Shown piece by piece: positions 1-14,139 of a stretch of DNA of 64,000 nucleotides. Every line of letters starts with the position of its first letter. Within the stretch, counting starts at the first letter, position 1. The stretch is taken from contig CM068769.1 in NCBI GenBank assembly GCA_035084275.1, forward strand, positions 1,426,001-1,490,000, given 5' to 3'. The notes below the pieces were generated by a model. It made no database searches. It had not been told where the DNA came from and saw only the letters and a program-made list of their open reading frames with translations. The position numbers were made by a program, and so were the translations under genes. The DNA is from Hydrolagus colliei. Taxonomy: Eukaryota.

Positions 1-529
1 TTGCTTGTCTATCGTGGTTCCACTATTCGATTTTCTATAGTGTACAAACAGAGAACATGTCCCTTTCGCCCCTAAATTTTAACCAAATAAGTTCTGTATT
101 TTAACTCTCTTTCATATCGACCCTTTTCCGGGGCGGACTCTGTGTCTTTAAACAACTAAATTCATTGTCAACAGAATGTTCATTCCTGCCGTTGTTTGAT
201 AATGTTCTACATATTGCCACTACAGAATGTGTATCTGTCTATAGATCTGTAAATGTATGGTTCTGTATTATGCACATTGATACATAAATGGTGTAAAATT
301 AATATTCATCTCTCTGTGTGGGATGAATTGTCTCCACATTCCGAATCACACAAATACTCAAGTCATGTCAACAGTTTTATTTAAATTCAACACATTAACC
401 CATTGCAGTCACAAGTAATGAATCCATAAGAATCAGTTACAAACCAGGCTTAATTGTCGTTTTTCCCATTACTCAAACCATTTGATCCCTCTTCAGGTCT
501 ACACGATTGACAAACACGCATATCAAGAA

Positions 530-1370
530 CAACAAGAGCATCAACATTGCACTTGCATAGCGCCTTTCACGTCGGGAGGACGTCCCAAAGTAAAGAAGTC
601 TAGTCGGGAAACGACAGGTTGGTGTGTGTGTGTTTGGGGTGGGTGGTTGGTGGTCTAGAGAGACGAAGTAGGGGAAAGGGGAAGGAGCGTGGGAGAGAGG
701 GAAGAGTTAGTGCGGCAGCCAAAGGCGCGGTCGAAGAGGAAGGACTTGAGACCGGCCTTGAAGGAGGAAATTGAGGAAACGAGTGGAGTGGCTGCGGGAT
801 GAAGCTCCACAGTGTGGGAGCAGAGAGGCGGAAAGCCGATGATTAGGCGGTTAGGGCGGTGGACGCGGAGCAGGTTTGATTCTGCTGAACGGAGGGAGCG
901 GGCAGGCTGGTACGGAGGCAGCATGTCAGAGAGATAGACGGGGGCAAGGCCGTGAGTGGCTTTGAAATTGAGGAAGAGGATATTGAATTCGATCCTCCGG
1001 GTGATGGGGAGCCATTGGAGATGGGCAAGGGGGGGAGTGATGTGGTCGTGAAGCCTGGTACGGGAGAGTACAAGAGCTGCAGAATTCTTAATGTTAGGCA
1101 GCCTGTGAAGGGAGGGGCTGGGGAGGTTAACGAGGAGATAGTTCCCGTAATTGAGCCTGGAAGTGATGAAGTCGTGGATGAGGGTGTCGCGGGATAATGT
1201 AGTGGCGGTGTCTGGCGATATTGCGGATGTGACTAAAGGCTGTGCCGGTCATGGAGCGGATGTGGGGGAGGAAGCATAGTTCAGGGTCGAACAAGACGCT
1301 CAGATTCCTGATTGGCTTCGACGGGTGGAGCGAGTAGCCTTGACACTGATATTTTCAGCGCCTGAGATGC
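530..1370 (-). mobile_element. L2-clade LINE 3' fragment, decayed
   Basis: Carries the L2-type 3' tail (gcgcctttcacgtcgggaggacgtcccaa) shared with the copies at 14.1 kb and 61.7 kb, followed by degenerate ORF2 C-terminal sequence. Confidence 0.8.
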
Positions 1371-1429
1371 CCAGGCGCTGACGTGATCCCATCGGGAGTT
1401 TTTCCGTTTTGTAGACGGTGAGCTGTAGG

Positions 1430-1720
1430 AAATTTGTTACATTTGATATAAAGCTTTTTCCGACTTCCAGGCGTCTTCAAGCGCCAAAACGTTTAATTTA
1501 CCGTTTATTTGTTGGCGAAATGCAGCAGCCCATTGCTCACAGCAGTGTCCTTCAAAAAGTCGCAGATTAAAATGTCCAATTTATTATAAGTATTGATTGA
1601 GGGATTATTATTCTGCGTGTGGAGTAAGGAAACTTGTTGATGGTTTCGCTCCGACATGCCTGGATATGCAACGCAGGAATACGATTGTAAGGCGAGTGCT
1701 CAAAACACTGAGCTACATGA
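1430..1720 (-). mobile_element. tRNA-derived SINE (tRNA-like head, CORE-like middle, L2-like tail), near full length
   Basis: Minus strand reads tgtagctcagtgttttgagcactcgccttacaa..., then aagtttccttactccacacg, then the body and tail seen in many other copies in the window. Confidence 0.75.
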
Positions 1721-2154
1721 TTCCAAACGCTGTGATTGACTAATATGTATAAATATTTGGAGAGATGTTGATAATATGACAGGAAGAATAATGAGAACGG
1801 ACGGAGGTTAATCACGAAATTACTAATTTCTGATCAAAGTAATGCATTGGAATCGCTTTAAAACTGTTTGCTTTCAACAATACATTGAAACCAATAACTT
1901 GCTTTCCCCACTTCGAATTTAAGGAGACAGATGTGGTGGAGTTAAGTTGCATTTTGGTGCTGGCTTTCAAATGTGGAAGGTCATTGCCTATTTTGATTGC
2001 ATTCAGTTTGTGGGTGAGTCGTAGTATTTTAGCATTACCAGCGTAGAATGTTTAATTTCCTCATAAAAAAATAGGGGCGGACATTCGGATGAATGATCCT
2101 ACCTGAATACACAAATGTTTCTGCAAATTGAAAGTCACATGCCATTGAATCATA

Positions 2155-2368
2155 TACAATAATAATAATCCTTGCACGTGATATGGAGTTTTTCAAATCT
2201 TATCGACGTATCATAGTGCTTCACATCATATACTGTAACGTGATTTGACTGTGGATGAAACGCGGCACCAAATGGCGCACATCAGCGTCTCCAGAAGCAG
2301 ATGTGGATTGAAAATGACCAATTTATTAAAAAATATATATATTAGGGCTTAATATTATGCATGTGTGG

Positions 2369-2399
<31 letters not shown>

Positions 2400-2480
2400 A
2401 GTGTGAGTGTGTGTGTGTGTGTGTGCGCGTGGAGTAAGGAAAATTGCTCAATGTTTCGCTCTGATAGCTAAGTTTCCTTC
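2155..2480 (-). mobile_element. SINE copy with internal (GT)n microsatellite
   Basis: Same family tail (aataatccttgca...tatcgacgt) and core (gtggagtaaggaaa); (GT)n at about 2362-2430. Confidence 0.7.
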
Positions 2481-5400
2481 ATTCACATGCCTAAAACAAT
2501 TTGTCCAGCAAAAAAACAATAATAAATTGTAGTCATTTAAATCCATGACTGTGTAGGAGAATGCCGTCTGAAGCTCGCTGCCGCGTTTCTCCGACAAATA
2601 TACTGTCAATTCACTTTACAGTGAATTCTGAGAAGCGCTTTAAGACGTCGAAAGAATGTGAAACGCGCAATATCAAATGCAGTTATTATTATTATTATTA
2701 TTACTATTGTACGCTGGCAGACGAGGCTTACCTTTGACAGTTGCTTGGAAGCTGAGAGTACGGGAAGAAATTTGCTGACAGCATTCAGTAGCAATACATC
2801 AATTCTATTCCGTGTAAAGCTGCGGAGGATGTGTCAAACAGGCAACCATGTATGGACAGTAGTGACATAATGCCCATCTCTGAAACGGTCCAATTAACAG
2901 AACAAGCTTGATGTGCTGAAAGGCATTCTGTCTGCCACATAATGGAACACAAGAGTTCCATTGAAACTGAGCTCACGCAACTAAAATCACCAAATAATGT
3001 CTGGCCGCAGGAGGAAGATAATACAGATTAATCGAGTTCTTTGCTGAATCTGATTAGACAAACGGCCAAATGTTCTAACGGTATCGACTATATATTTTTT
3101 CTTCCAATATATAACAAATAAATAAATTCACATACGCAGAGATTTTCAATAGAGAAATTATTAAATGTTTAATCGGAGATGCTAATTGTCAGAAATTGTC
3201 AGCAATTTCGAAAGTAGTAACCCACGATTCCGGCAAAGGATCCCTCGAATTGTACACTGAACAATATGCATTAATCTACATGAATTGTATATCATCACTG
3301 TTCTATCAGTCTTTATTTACACACTGAAATAATAATAAGGAAACGAAACTTGACCTGATTTAAAAATGCAGTCCCATGTATTATGTAATTGTGTTACTGT
3401 TGAATAGATTGATAGTTCAAGTAGAATCACAAACGAATTGGTACTGTATTGAGTTCACCAACGAACAATTCGGATAGGACACATTATCTCGCTTTATTCA
3501 CTATCTGCAGTGGCAGGAGCTGGCGGATACTGATATGCACTTGAACTTTCTCTAGCCATACTTCATTTGACCTCCACTTTCGCCATTAAGCAGCCTCAAC
3601 GTCAGACTACATTATCTGCTCACAGCAAGTAACTCGGGAAATGAGCGTGGCATAAACGCAATGTGATGGTATTGTAACAATTGTCATGGGAATAAGAATA
3701 TCATTGAAATTATAATCAACGTCAAGATATATAATGAATAATTCATACGATGGAAACAGTGTAACATAGGCATCGATTAGTTCAAGCAAGGCTTGTTCAG
3801 GCTAGAAAAGCGAAAGTTGAGGGGCGATTAATCGCGTTGAATTACACGTGTAAATTGTTGAAAAATTATGCATTTGAAGATTCAGAATAGAACACAAAAG
3901 TGAAAGCCATGATAAGATTTTCATCTTGTACTGAACAATGGAACATGATCACGTGACCTGCGACTGTCACTGTGTAAACGCAGCACAAATCGGTGGATAC
4001 ACTCGTACATAGAGTTAGGATTACACATGTAAAGCAAGCTTCCGGGAGACACAGCAAGAAAGAAAATATAATATGTTTGAAGAGCAAGAGAATATTATCT
4101 CAGGAAAATGTATTGCAGTGCATAACATAGCTTCTGTCATGGTGATGTCATGGATCTTGGCCATCGTTCGTCTAGGAAATTTATGTATTCTTATAATAAG
4201 GATCCTTGAAATTGATGCAGTGGCTTGTATCGATGTTGAGAGCTGAAAGTATGTCACAAAGTATACTGTGACATGCAGTGCATTTATTGTGTTTAAAATG
4301 TCATTGTGTGCTCCATTGTGGCTCAACAAATGAAGTGAATAACAAGCTTTAGTTAGGAGATGTTTGGCCAGGCCTGTGGTAAAATCTCCGTTTTGTTTTG
4401 AATATTGCCACCTGGTCGATCACATCCAAGTGAACAGGAAGACTGGAAACCAGATCAACATCTCATTCGAAGTGTGAGTCATCCAGTGTGATCACTAGTC
4501 CTGAGGTTGGGCTAGCATACACCACCATCTGATTCATTCACGACAATGTATCATTTGGTAACACTGACACGTGCTTATGGATTGTGTTTGAAACCCAATC
4601 GTTCACAAATTGTACCGTGAAAAGGCGACAATGGCTGTGAATACAATTGAGTGGATCCAGAGCAAGCCTGCTGAATCTCGGCTGCAGTGAGCGTGCAGCA
4701 GAAGCTGATACAACAGGCTCCATAGGGGAACGGTGACAGCAGGAAATATAATTTGCTTGATGCAAAACTTAGATTTATGTTTGGGAAAATAACATCCCAG
4801 TATAGAATGTATGGTTTGCGACTCGATATGTAATCGATTACTTAGATGGTGGAGGAAAACTCGGTTGACTTTTTTCTTGCTTCACCAAGCAAATTCTTAG
4901 CATCTTACCTAGCAACCACAGATCAGTGAGATGGAAGAGTGCACTGTTTCGAAAGTAATAATACGTGACTAACTTTCTTAATGTTCATAAACAAGAAGCA
5001 AATAGAACCCAAAGCGGCAATACAAAATGATTTTCAAAACATTGATAACAGTAATAATATGGGCATTCAACTGCTATGCTACTTCGACAGACGGTGCGAC
5101 AAGTCACACACAGAAGAAAAGGATTGATGAATTTAATCAATTCTATAACAGCATCGATATGTGTTCCGTGGGAATTTGATGAGAGAAAAGTTAGTTAAGG
5201 TGAAAGAAATCAAGAAATGTGTCCTTGTTCGGAAAAATAGTGCACGGACTAATGCACTGAATTGCAAATTTTAAGAGTATGAACAAGGCGTTTGAGGATA
5301 CTAGAGATGGATTATCATAGATTCATCGATGTAGCAGACATTGGCAGAATTTGGACAAGATTGCTTCCATTGTATTCATGTTAACTGTCTATCGAGTTGC

Positions 5401-5699
5401 CTCATCGAGGCCTTAATGTGTAATCAGCAGATGAATAGAAAATCGATGCATGAAACCAGGAGAGGTTAATTAGATAGACTTGTGCCTCACAATATAATGA
5501 AAATCAAGGCAGCTGAATGTGGAGAAAACAGAAGCCATAATCTATGGATCCCTTGAACGTCCTCACGCCTGTTATTCCAAACTCAAAAAAAGTTAGTGAA
5601 CGGTTGCATAGTCTAGATGTCCAATGGGACCCACATCTGACCTTCGTCATACACATCTGCTCCCTGAGCAGGATTTCCGGCAATGAACACGAGGTCATA

Positions 5700-6720
5700 A
5701 AACAAAAATAATCACTTTTGTGAATAATTCGAAATTTAAATTACTCAGCCGTTCTATGTTTGTTAAGTGAGTGTGTAGGCGTCGGAGGAGAAGCAGTTAA
5801 TGCTGACGATGTGAAAACCGGGGAATAGGTATGATTCGATCCAGGCAAGGGTAGGTCAACAAAGATTGAGTTTAGTGGAGGGGTGATGCAGGAGAATATA
5901 TTGGTCCACTGTATCGCAGGTGCCATAGAGGTGAACGAATACAATGAGACAGAAGGATTCCGGCTCGTATTTTTTCAAATTGTCACTGTGGACTTTGGTG
6001 GAGAAGTGGAGTCTCCAGGGAGACAGTGAATAGTCAGAATCAGGATAATATTGGGATCGAGAGGGTATGGTAGACTTGCTGATGGCCCACCGTCAATGGT
6101 GGAGCAGGTGCGACTAGACCTCATAATGTCCCTGCATTAATTCCATCCCTGGGTGTGAGTTTTTCAAAGAGGTAAGGATGGGAGTGGAAAGCTATGATGT
6201 GACAACACAGCCCAGGGCCTTGAAGAAGAATGGATGTGGGGGATGGAATAACGAGAATGGGTAAGTAGCATTAGAGAATGAGAGTTTGATGATATCGAGG
6301 AGGAAAGGATCCAGTGGTTGGTATTTGTATGTGAGGGGAAAGGTGGGGTTAGGGTAGTGGGAATTGATGGTGGGCTTCATTTTAGAGACGATGGATGTGA
6401 GGGAGATCTAGGGCAAACGGGTATTCATGGGATGGGTGTGGAACTAAGTGGAAGAAGATGAGTGAACAGCAATGAATTGGATAAAGGTAGCTGAACAGAT
6501 CCCCACTATTTTGGATTTGAGGTCAAATCTGCTCGAATTTAGAAACGTGAATGGGTTAGGTGTGGTACGGTGGGTAGTAGAGGCGGTTAGAGTTGGAGAC
6601 GAGGAGCCTGGAGTTATCCTTCGCTTTCAATTTATCTTCGAGTGGAACGAATATTTGGCAGAAGCAATAGTGGAGGCGATGGCGAGAAACAGAGTAATGT
6701 ACCCAGATCGAGAGACAGAG
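5700..6720 (-). mobile_element. Old L2 ORF2 fragment
   Basis: Minus-strand translation MKPT...PLDP...DIIKLSFSNATYP resembles the MKPTTCS...[13 protein letters not shown] region of the L2 at 63 kb; heavily decayed. Confidence 0.55.
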
Positions 6721-7329
6721 GCACAGAGATAGTTAGAGACATTATAGTAAAATATTCCTTGCTATTTATATAGCGCTTCACTAGATGTCTAACAGCGCTT
6801 CACGTGATGTCCTGTAAAGGGAATTGACTGTATATATTTGAGCAAAATATGGTATCCAATTGCGCACAATGCACAAACAGTCGCGGATTCTAATGATGAA
6901 TTTATTATTTGTTTTGCATGGTGTTAAATAAGTTTATTGCATCAGTTTTAGCGAGGAGGATACGGGTATGCTTTCTGATCTGGAAAGAGAACTCAGTAAT
7001 ATCGCAGAGGTTGAATGAAAATAAGTTCCAAGAAGAATAATTTGAGGTGGATCTCAAAGGTGGCAAGGGATGGGGCGATGTGGAGTGATTGTGGTATTCA
7101 AGTTAACAGTGTTGCGACAGACTGGCTGATGGCCCACCGCCAATGGAAGCGCAGGCGGATGTTCACCACATAAAGCCCGTGCAATAATTCATCGCTCGGT
7201 GTGAATTTTTTACGAGCGATAGAGAAAGATGATATTGGTGTTTCAAAGGAGCATGAGTGAAAGTGTGAGTGCGTGACTATGTGAGTGAGGATATATTTAA
7301 AGAGAAAGGAAACACTGTAAATGAACGTA

Positions 7330-7620
7330 AAATTACCTCGAATACTGTAACATATGTGTGCGAATCCAGGAGGATCATGGTGAGGCGTTGGGCAGGTTTC
7401 CTTGCTCCACACAACTAATAATAATCCGTTCAAAAAAAAACACAGACAACAATGAAATTGGTCAATTCGGTCCTCAACGATTTGTGATACATAACTGCGC
7501 GCAGTTGACTGCCACGTTTCGCCCACTAGTTGTGCAGTCAATTCACTTTGCAGCGTTTTGAAGAGGCGATAGGATGTGAAAAGCACTATAACAAAATGAA
7601 GGATTATTATTGTTATTGCA
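7330..7620 (+). mobile_element. SINE copy
   Basis: Family core (gggcaggtttccttgctccac), body (gccacgtttcgcccac...cagtcaattcacttt) and tail (gatgtgaaaagcactat...ggattattatt). Confidence 0.7.
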
Positions 7621-8689
7621 TTTATAGAAACACTCTTTTTGAAACTCATTTACTCATTCTTAGATGCTTTCTCTTCCTATTTATATATCCACATCCTCAT
7701 ACACACATACACTTTATTTTTTCTTTCTTTATCTGCACACACTCCGTCTAGCACGCCTTATCTTTTCCAGTACTTAATCCTTCGCTCACACAATCTCTAA
7801 CTCATCAACCAGTCTCAGTGTCCTTCACCCCTCTCACTGGATGACTACATTCCACACTGCCGGCTACTGTTAAGTCGGGTGATGGGTGTCTAGATGTGTC
7901 AAAAACACGCAGGAGAAAGAGTCGCCATTTATCTCTCTGATAAATCCATATATGTTTTCCCTTCTTCAGAAACCTATGTTGCAATGAAGAAATCCTGGGA
8001 ACAAGACCACATTACATTTTCACAGCGCCGTTCATGTTGATTGGAACGTAGCTGTTTCAGACACGAGCTGAGGTCAGCATCGAGGAGGGTGGAGAGTAGA
8101 GGCCTGGGTGTGTGACCGATAATAAGATATAATAGTTCTAACTTTGTTCATTCTATCAGCGAGAAAGAATGAAATCAGATGATCAAAATGTGAAAGCGAG
8201 GCCGAGCGGTCCAGGATGGTGGATTAAGGCTCAATTCTCTTTGGAGGTTCAAATTGCAAAGCAGCCAATTATATTTTTCTTTGTATTTTCTACCCATTGC
8301 TTCAAACTACAGAATCGCCTATAAGCCCTTATGCTAATCATTAGATTCATTGAAACAAGGTCGGTGGTCTGAGGCTACGGTGTCTCCAGCTCTTTGGAAA
8401 AGAAAGCGATACTGTTGTATCAGCTCGAGGTCTCCACATCCTGTCTAATGCAATGTGGCGTTAGATAGCTTGGTGTTTACTTCCACTGAAAAACAAATTG
8501 CTTCGATAATAAATAATTCATTGTCCATCTTTACATGCTCAATTTTGTGTCAGAAGAACAATGTAGACTTTTTAAAATAAACAAATTAAGATATTATAGT
8601 TCGGTCTTGTTGACATCTACAAACTCCTGCAACATCTTTCTTCCCGCTTTAATCTTCACGAACCTCCCATCGTCAGGTTTCGCTCTCAC

Positions 8690-9670
8690 ATTTCTCCCCA
8701 TCACCGTTCCCAGCATCGGTTTCTCTTCCAACTCGAGCATTGTCAGCTGTGGAATCCCCCAGCACTTTGAACTGGGGGGCCTTACTTGGCAACATCTTCA
8801 TCCTTGAGGACATCATTCGCAGACATGGGGTCAACTTGCTAAAGTTTCCGGATAACACCCATCTCCAATTTCTGCCTCTAGCGTCGAATCCAAGACAATT
8901 GCTGTCCTGACAGTTTGCCCGTGAGTCACCAAGTCCTGCATAATAGATAACATTCTACAGTTGAATTTCACAAAAACCTGGGATCTTCTGCTTGGCAATG
9001 GGAAATTTAGCTTCCATGGTTGCACACGCAACCTCCACACGCCAGTCAGGAACCGAGTTGTCTTTTCCGTTCCTCAACTGTCTTTTTTCTACACATCCAA
9101 GCCATGACCCGCATTCCTTCATATCTGCAACAGGGCAAGACTCTGCAACCTTGAATCCCCAGGGCCAATACATCAGTCATTTAAGCTGACGTCAAAACCC
9201 GGCTAGACTAAATCGATTTTTCGAACTTCCCAATTCCTCCATTTATAGACTGCAGGTAACCACGATGTCTGTGGTCCATGTCCTTTACCATTCCAACCTT
9301 CTTGACCGCATCTCTGCCATTCTCGCCCGTCTCCACTGGCTACCCATGAAGCAGATAATTCAATTAAAGTTCCTGGTCCTCACATTCAATGCGCTCCACG
9401 GCCTCGCACCAATCCTCTGATCAACAGGCTGCTGCACGTCAACCGAGCCGCCAGCAACACCATTGGTGGGCGAGCATTTAGCCAGTCATCCCATTATCTC
9501 TGGAACTCCATCCCACAGTCCTTCTGCCTCGACCATCCCTAGCTTCATTCAATTCTCATCTCAAGACCCTCCTGTTTGATAGTCCCAACAATCACCATCA
9601 ATTATCAATCACGCTCTTTACCTCAACACTGCCCATCCCAGCTCGTGTCTGGAACAATGACTGCCTAGTG
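8690..9670 (+). mobile_element. Decayed L2 RT and 3' fragment
   Basis: Remnant of the GVPQGSVLGP...HG..F..YADDT region and L2 tail (gccttgggatgtcatactgacgcgaaagg). Confidence 0.65.
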
Positions 9671-10076
9671 CCTTGGGATGTCATACTGACGCGAAAGGTG
9701 GAACATAAATCTAACAATATTGTTTTTATTAGGAATTCGCATATCTTTCCCTGTAGCTCTTTACTTGGTTTTGTCAGATATGGATGAAATTTGAGGACAG
9801 ATATCAGATCAATAAATTTATGTAAGACACAGCCGTTTGGATTTTGCCAGCTGTTATTAATATTGTACATCCGGGTTTTTTCTAGATCATATCACAGGTC
9901 CATATCCCAGTTGTACCCTAAATCCTTGATTTCTCTTTTGACAAAGTATTCAGCCTATGTGACAAAATCTCGTTTAATATATTACCATTAATGTTACGTA
10001 ATGCCAAAATTCTGTTCTCAATTTAATACAAATTTAGCGGAAAGAAAGATGGACGTATTCTGTAAGGATGATGAAC

Positions 10077-10950
10077 TAGAATCATAGAATCTTTCAGCAC
10101 AAAAGGAGGCCATTCGGCCTATCAAATCTGCGCCAGCTCTTTACAAAGTGCAATGCAATCCCACTCACCAGCACACTCCCCGTAACCTCGCAAACCCGTC
10201 CACCTCAATAAATGTCTACGTCTCTTTTAAAAATTGTTAGAGCTGGCAAAAAAAATTCCTTATCTCCCATCTGCTTCTTGTTGAATCTTTTTTAATTCAA
10301 TGACCACTAGTCACTGATAGGCGCAACAGTCCAAACAGTTTTTCCCTATACATGCTGTCGAATTCCCTCGTGATATGAACAACAACTATTAATTCTCCTC
10401 GCAAACGTTTTTCTTCCAATGGGAATCCACCTAAATGCACTAGCCTTTCATCATAGCTGATGTGCCTCATTCCTGGTGCCATCTTGGTAAAATCTCATCT
10501 GGCACCCTTTCCAGTGCCTTACCATGCTTCCTATATTGTAGTTACCATTATTGTACACAGCACTCTAGCCAAAGTCTTTCAGAGTTTAGTCAGAACTTCC
10601 TGAATTTCCTACTCGATGCACATATTTATAATTATAGTATCTGTAAGCTTTGTTGATAGCGTTGTCTACCTGTCCTGCCTCCTTCAACGAATCAATCAAA
10701 CAAACCCGCAGGTCTCTCTGTTCCTTTACACGGTCTAAAATTGCACTACCTAGCCTATGTTGCCTCCCCTCATTTCTCCTCCCAAAACGCATCACCTCGC
10801 ATTTCTCCAAATTAAAATTCATCTGCCATGTGTCTGCCCATTTTACCATTCGGTCTATATCTTCTTGCAGATGACTAATCATCTCCACACTATTTACTAT
10901 TTTTTGCTCACTTTGTATCATCTGCAATCTTCGAAATGTTATTCCCTATG
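10077..10950 (-). mobile_element. Diverged CR1 3' fragment
   Basis: (ATTCT/ATG)-type CR1 tail at 10077; ORFs 10586-10927 and 10297-10482 match the CR1 ORF2 C-terminus (KWADTWQMNFN.EKCEVM). Confidence 0.9.
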
Positions 10951-11221
10951 GTCAACTGCAGATCATGGGTAAGGCATTGTGGACAGCACTTGTTTGTATC
11001 AGGCAATCGTTTGATCTTGTTAGCCTCCTCAATAAGTCAGATAAGTTTGTCAGATACTGACTGATCACATACCTACAATAACTTGACTTGATTAGCTCAT
11101 GACTTGTCCAATTGTCACTTACTCGAATGAAGGTTCTGGTCATTTTCGCACAACATGTGAAACCCAGTGCCCTGATATGCAGCCGAGAGTGTACACGGTC
11201 TTATTATATATATGTATGATA

Positions 11222-12260
11222 CAGTTGTTTTGTTATCGGAATGGGTGGATAATGGTAGCGCAGTTGATGTAGTTTACATGGACTTTCAAAAGACATTTGA
11301 CAAAGTGCCACATAAGAGACTTATCAGGAAATTAAAGGACCATGGCGTAAAAGGGACAGTGGCAGCGTGGATCCACAACTGGCTGCGAGACAGAAAGCAG
11401 AGAGTTGTAGTGAGCGGCTGTTTTTCAGAATGGAGGGAAGTGAGCAGTGGTGTGCCACAGGGATCAATTTTGGGACCATTGCTGTTTGTAATCTACATCA
11501 ATGATCTGGACTTGGGTGTACGGAGTACAGTTTCCAAGTATGCAGATTACACTAAGTTAGGGAGAATAGTAAATAGTGAGGAGGATAATGGCAGGACAGG
11601 TAGACAAGGCTGATAAGAAGGCATATGGGATACTAGGCTTTATAAATAGGGGTATAGAGTACAAAAGTCAGGAAGTGCTGACTAACCTCTATAAGACTTT
11701 GGTGAGGCCTCAGCTGGAATACTGTGTTCAATTCTGGTCACCACATTACAGAAAGGATGTGAAGACATTGTACAAAGAAGATTTACTAGGATGGTATCAG
11801 TATTGAGGGACTTCAGCTATGAGGAGAGGCTAGATAGTTTGGGTTATTCTCTCTGGAGCAGAGAAGATTGAGGGGAGACATAATAGAGGTTTATAAAATC
11901 ATGAGGGGTTTCGACAGGGAAAATAGAGAAAAACTATTTCCACTCGTGGGCGAATCTGTGACTCGTGGTCACAGATTTAAAATAGTTTCAAGGCGAAATA
12001 GAGGGGAGCTGAGGGGAATTTGTTTCACTCAGCGAGTTGTTAGAATCTGGAATGCATTGCCTGAAAAGTTGGTGGAGGCTGATTCGATAACAACTTTTAA
12101 AAGGGAATTAGATCTTTAGTTAGGGAGAACAGGCCTATTAGGCTATGGGGAGCGGGCAGGGCAGTGGGATTAAATCGCTCTTTTCAAAGCGCCGGCACAG
12201 ACTAGATGGGCCGAATGGCCTCATTTTGTGCCGTAAAATTCTATGAATCTATGAATCTAT
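11222..12260 (+). mobile_element. 5'-truncated CR1 LINE with frameshifts
   Basis: RT motifs VYMDFQKTFDKV, GVPQGSILGP, YADYT; 3' tail (atctatga)n. Confidence 0.95.
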
Positions 12261-12629
12261 AACTATAACCATGCATTCGATATATTGCTTGTTCACAAAT
12301 TTGGGAGTTTTATATCTCACTGCTTAGACCACTCGCCTTGCAAGGGAAAGACATATTGACGATTCCAAGCACGTTTAAATCTCGGGGAAATTTCCTTACT
12401 CCCTACGATTGAAAAAATCCCCAAGAAAACTATCAATAATCTCGGCGCTGAATCCACTCGATCATGTTTGGTGCTTGATCATTGTTCTGAGGCGTTTCTC
12501 ACACCAATATACAGTCAACTCACTTCACAGTGCATCCTGCAAATCTCCATGAGCCATCTAGAAGATGCAAAAAGTATCGTATCACACGTCAAGAATACAA
12601 AGAATATACTGGACGTCTCAAAGCGTTTC

Positions 12630-12870
12630 CCATAATATACTGCAAAGCGAATTGTCTTCATTGTTAGAGTGTAGGCGACATACGGGTGCCAATTGTGCAG
12701 AGCAGTGTTCCACAGTCAGTCGTTGATTGAAATACGAAATTGTGTTTCTTTTTCACTGATTATTAGCAGGTATGTGGAGAAAGAAATCTTATGCAATGTT
12801 TCTCCATCTCGGGATTGAAACCCAGGTCTCTCAATTGCAAGGAGAGTGCTCTAATCACTGAGCTGCAAAA
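12630..12870 (-). mobile_element. SINE copy with clear tRNA-like head
   Basis: Minus strand gcagctcagtgattagagcactctccttgcaattgagagacctgggtttcaatccc (A box, anticodon-like arm, B box) plus family body. Confidence 0.75.
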
Positions 12871-12879
12871 GCGAGTCAC

Positions 12880-13860
12880 AGAAGAGAGAAAAATACAAAG
12901 AGAGAGAGAGGCAGATAAAGATATACAGGCACAGAAACCAGAATAGAGAAAGAAACGCATGAACAGATTGACAGCGTGAGCGAAAGTATGTTAGAGCGAA
13001 AGAGTGACATCAAGAGACAGATTGTGACACGCACGCTCACGCGAATACAGAGGCATGAAAGGGGTAGAGATAAAAAATCACAAATGGAGTGAGACAATGT
13101 TAGACTGAGAAAATTAACGTAGAAAAACATTGGGTGGAATAGACATGGAGAGAGGAAAGGTAGAAAGGGAGAGAGACAAACAGAGATTGAGTGACACAGA
13201 GGAAGAGAGACGCAGCCAGAGAGGTAAAAGGATGGAAGGAGCGGGAGAGAGGCAGAAACAGATTGAGACAGAGAACACAGAACGAAAAGTAAATATGGAG
13301 ACATACAGAGATGGAGGGAGAGAGATAGTGAAAGCGCATATCAGGGGCACGCAATGAGCACATTAGAACAAAAGAATCAGATAAATAAAGAGACGTAGAG
13401 TTATATGGGAAAGAGAGCGATAGCCATACAGCTCAACTGCGTGAACGGGATAGGAAAAGAGAATGACACAGATAAGGAGACAGACAGTCACAGGCATACA
13501 GACAGAAAGACAGAGAGGTACACAAGCAGTGTGGGAGATATACAGAAGGATACAGTCAGAGATGGAGAGATACATAAAGGGAAACAAATGAAGAGCAGGA
13601 AAGACAGAGATTCAATCAAGGATTGAAGATAGAGAACGAAAAGATATGGAGAAAGATACAGGAAGGGAGAGATACTGAGAAAGACAAACATACACTGGGA
13701 GATAAATGAAAAACAGACAAATGGATGGTAAACAGTGCGCAACAGAGAGTGTTAGAACTGTGTGAAGGTTGAGAGACAACTGGAGACAACGACGGAGAAC
13801 TTTCAGAGAGAGAGATAAACACATTTAGCGAATCAATGAGAGAGCAAGATATAGCAAACA
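12880..13860. repeat. About 1 kb purine-rich (GA/GACA) low-complexity tract
   Basis: Strong strand asymmetry with gaga/gaca/gata motifs; overlapping ORFs are compositionally biased artefacts. Confidence 0.85.
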
Positions 13861-14139
13861 AACAATGTACAGAAAATCTTTTTTGCTAATAAGTAATATG
13901 CATTCGAACTAATTGGTGACATAACATGTGTATCGCTCTTAGACGTCTCATTGGTGCAATATTGGGATAAAATAAATTTAAAACTTACAACAACTTTTCC
14001 AATGGTACCTGTGTACAACATTGCTAAATTTTCGATCAAGGGCGCTACACTGGACCATGAGTCTGGACTGCGAGCTCAGTTCTCTCATTCAACATCATTC
14101 AACTGTTCAATTGAAGAGAGTAAAACATTGTTAAACCTC

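Noticed and set aside
3968-4010. CACAGTG (minus strand) after a ...CAAF-like codon run, resembling a V end
   Set aside because: No nonamer at 12 or 23 bp and no Ig-V framework upstream
12876-13861. Many overlapping ORFs of 70-140 aa
   Set aside because: By-products of the GA/CT low-complexity tract, with no domain signature
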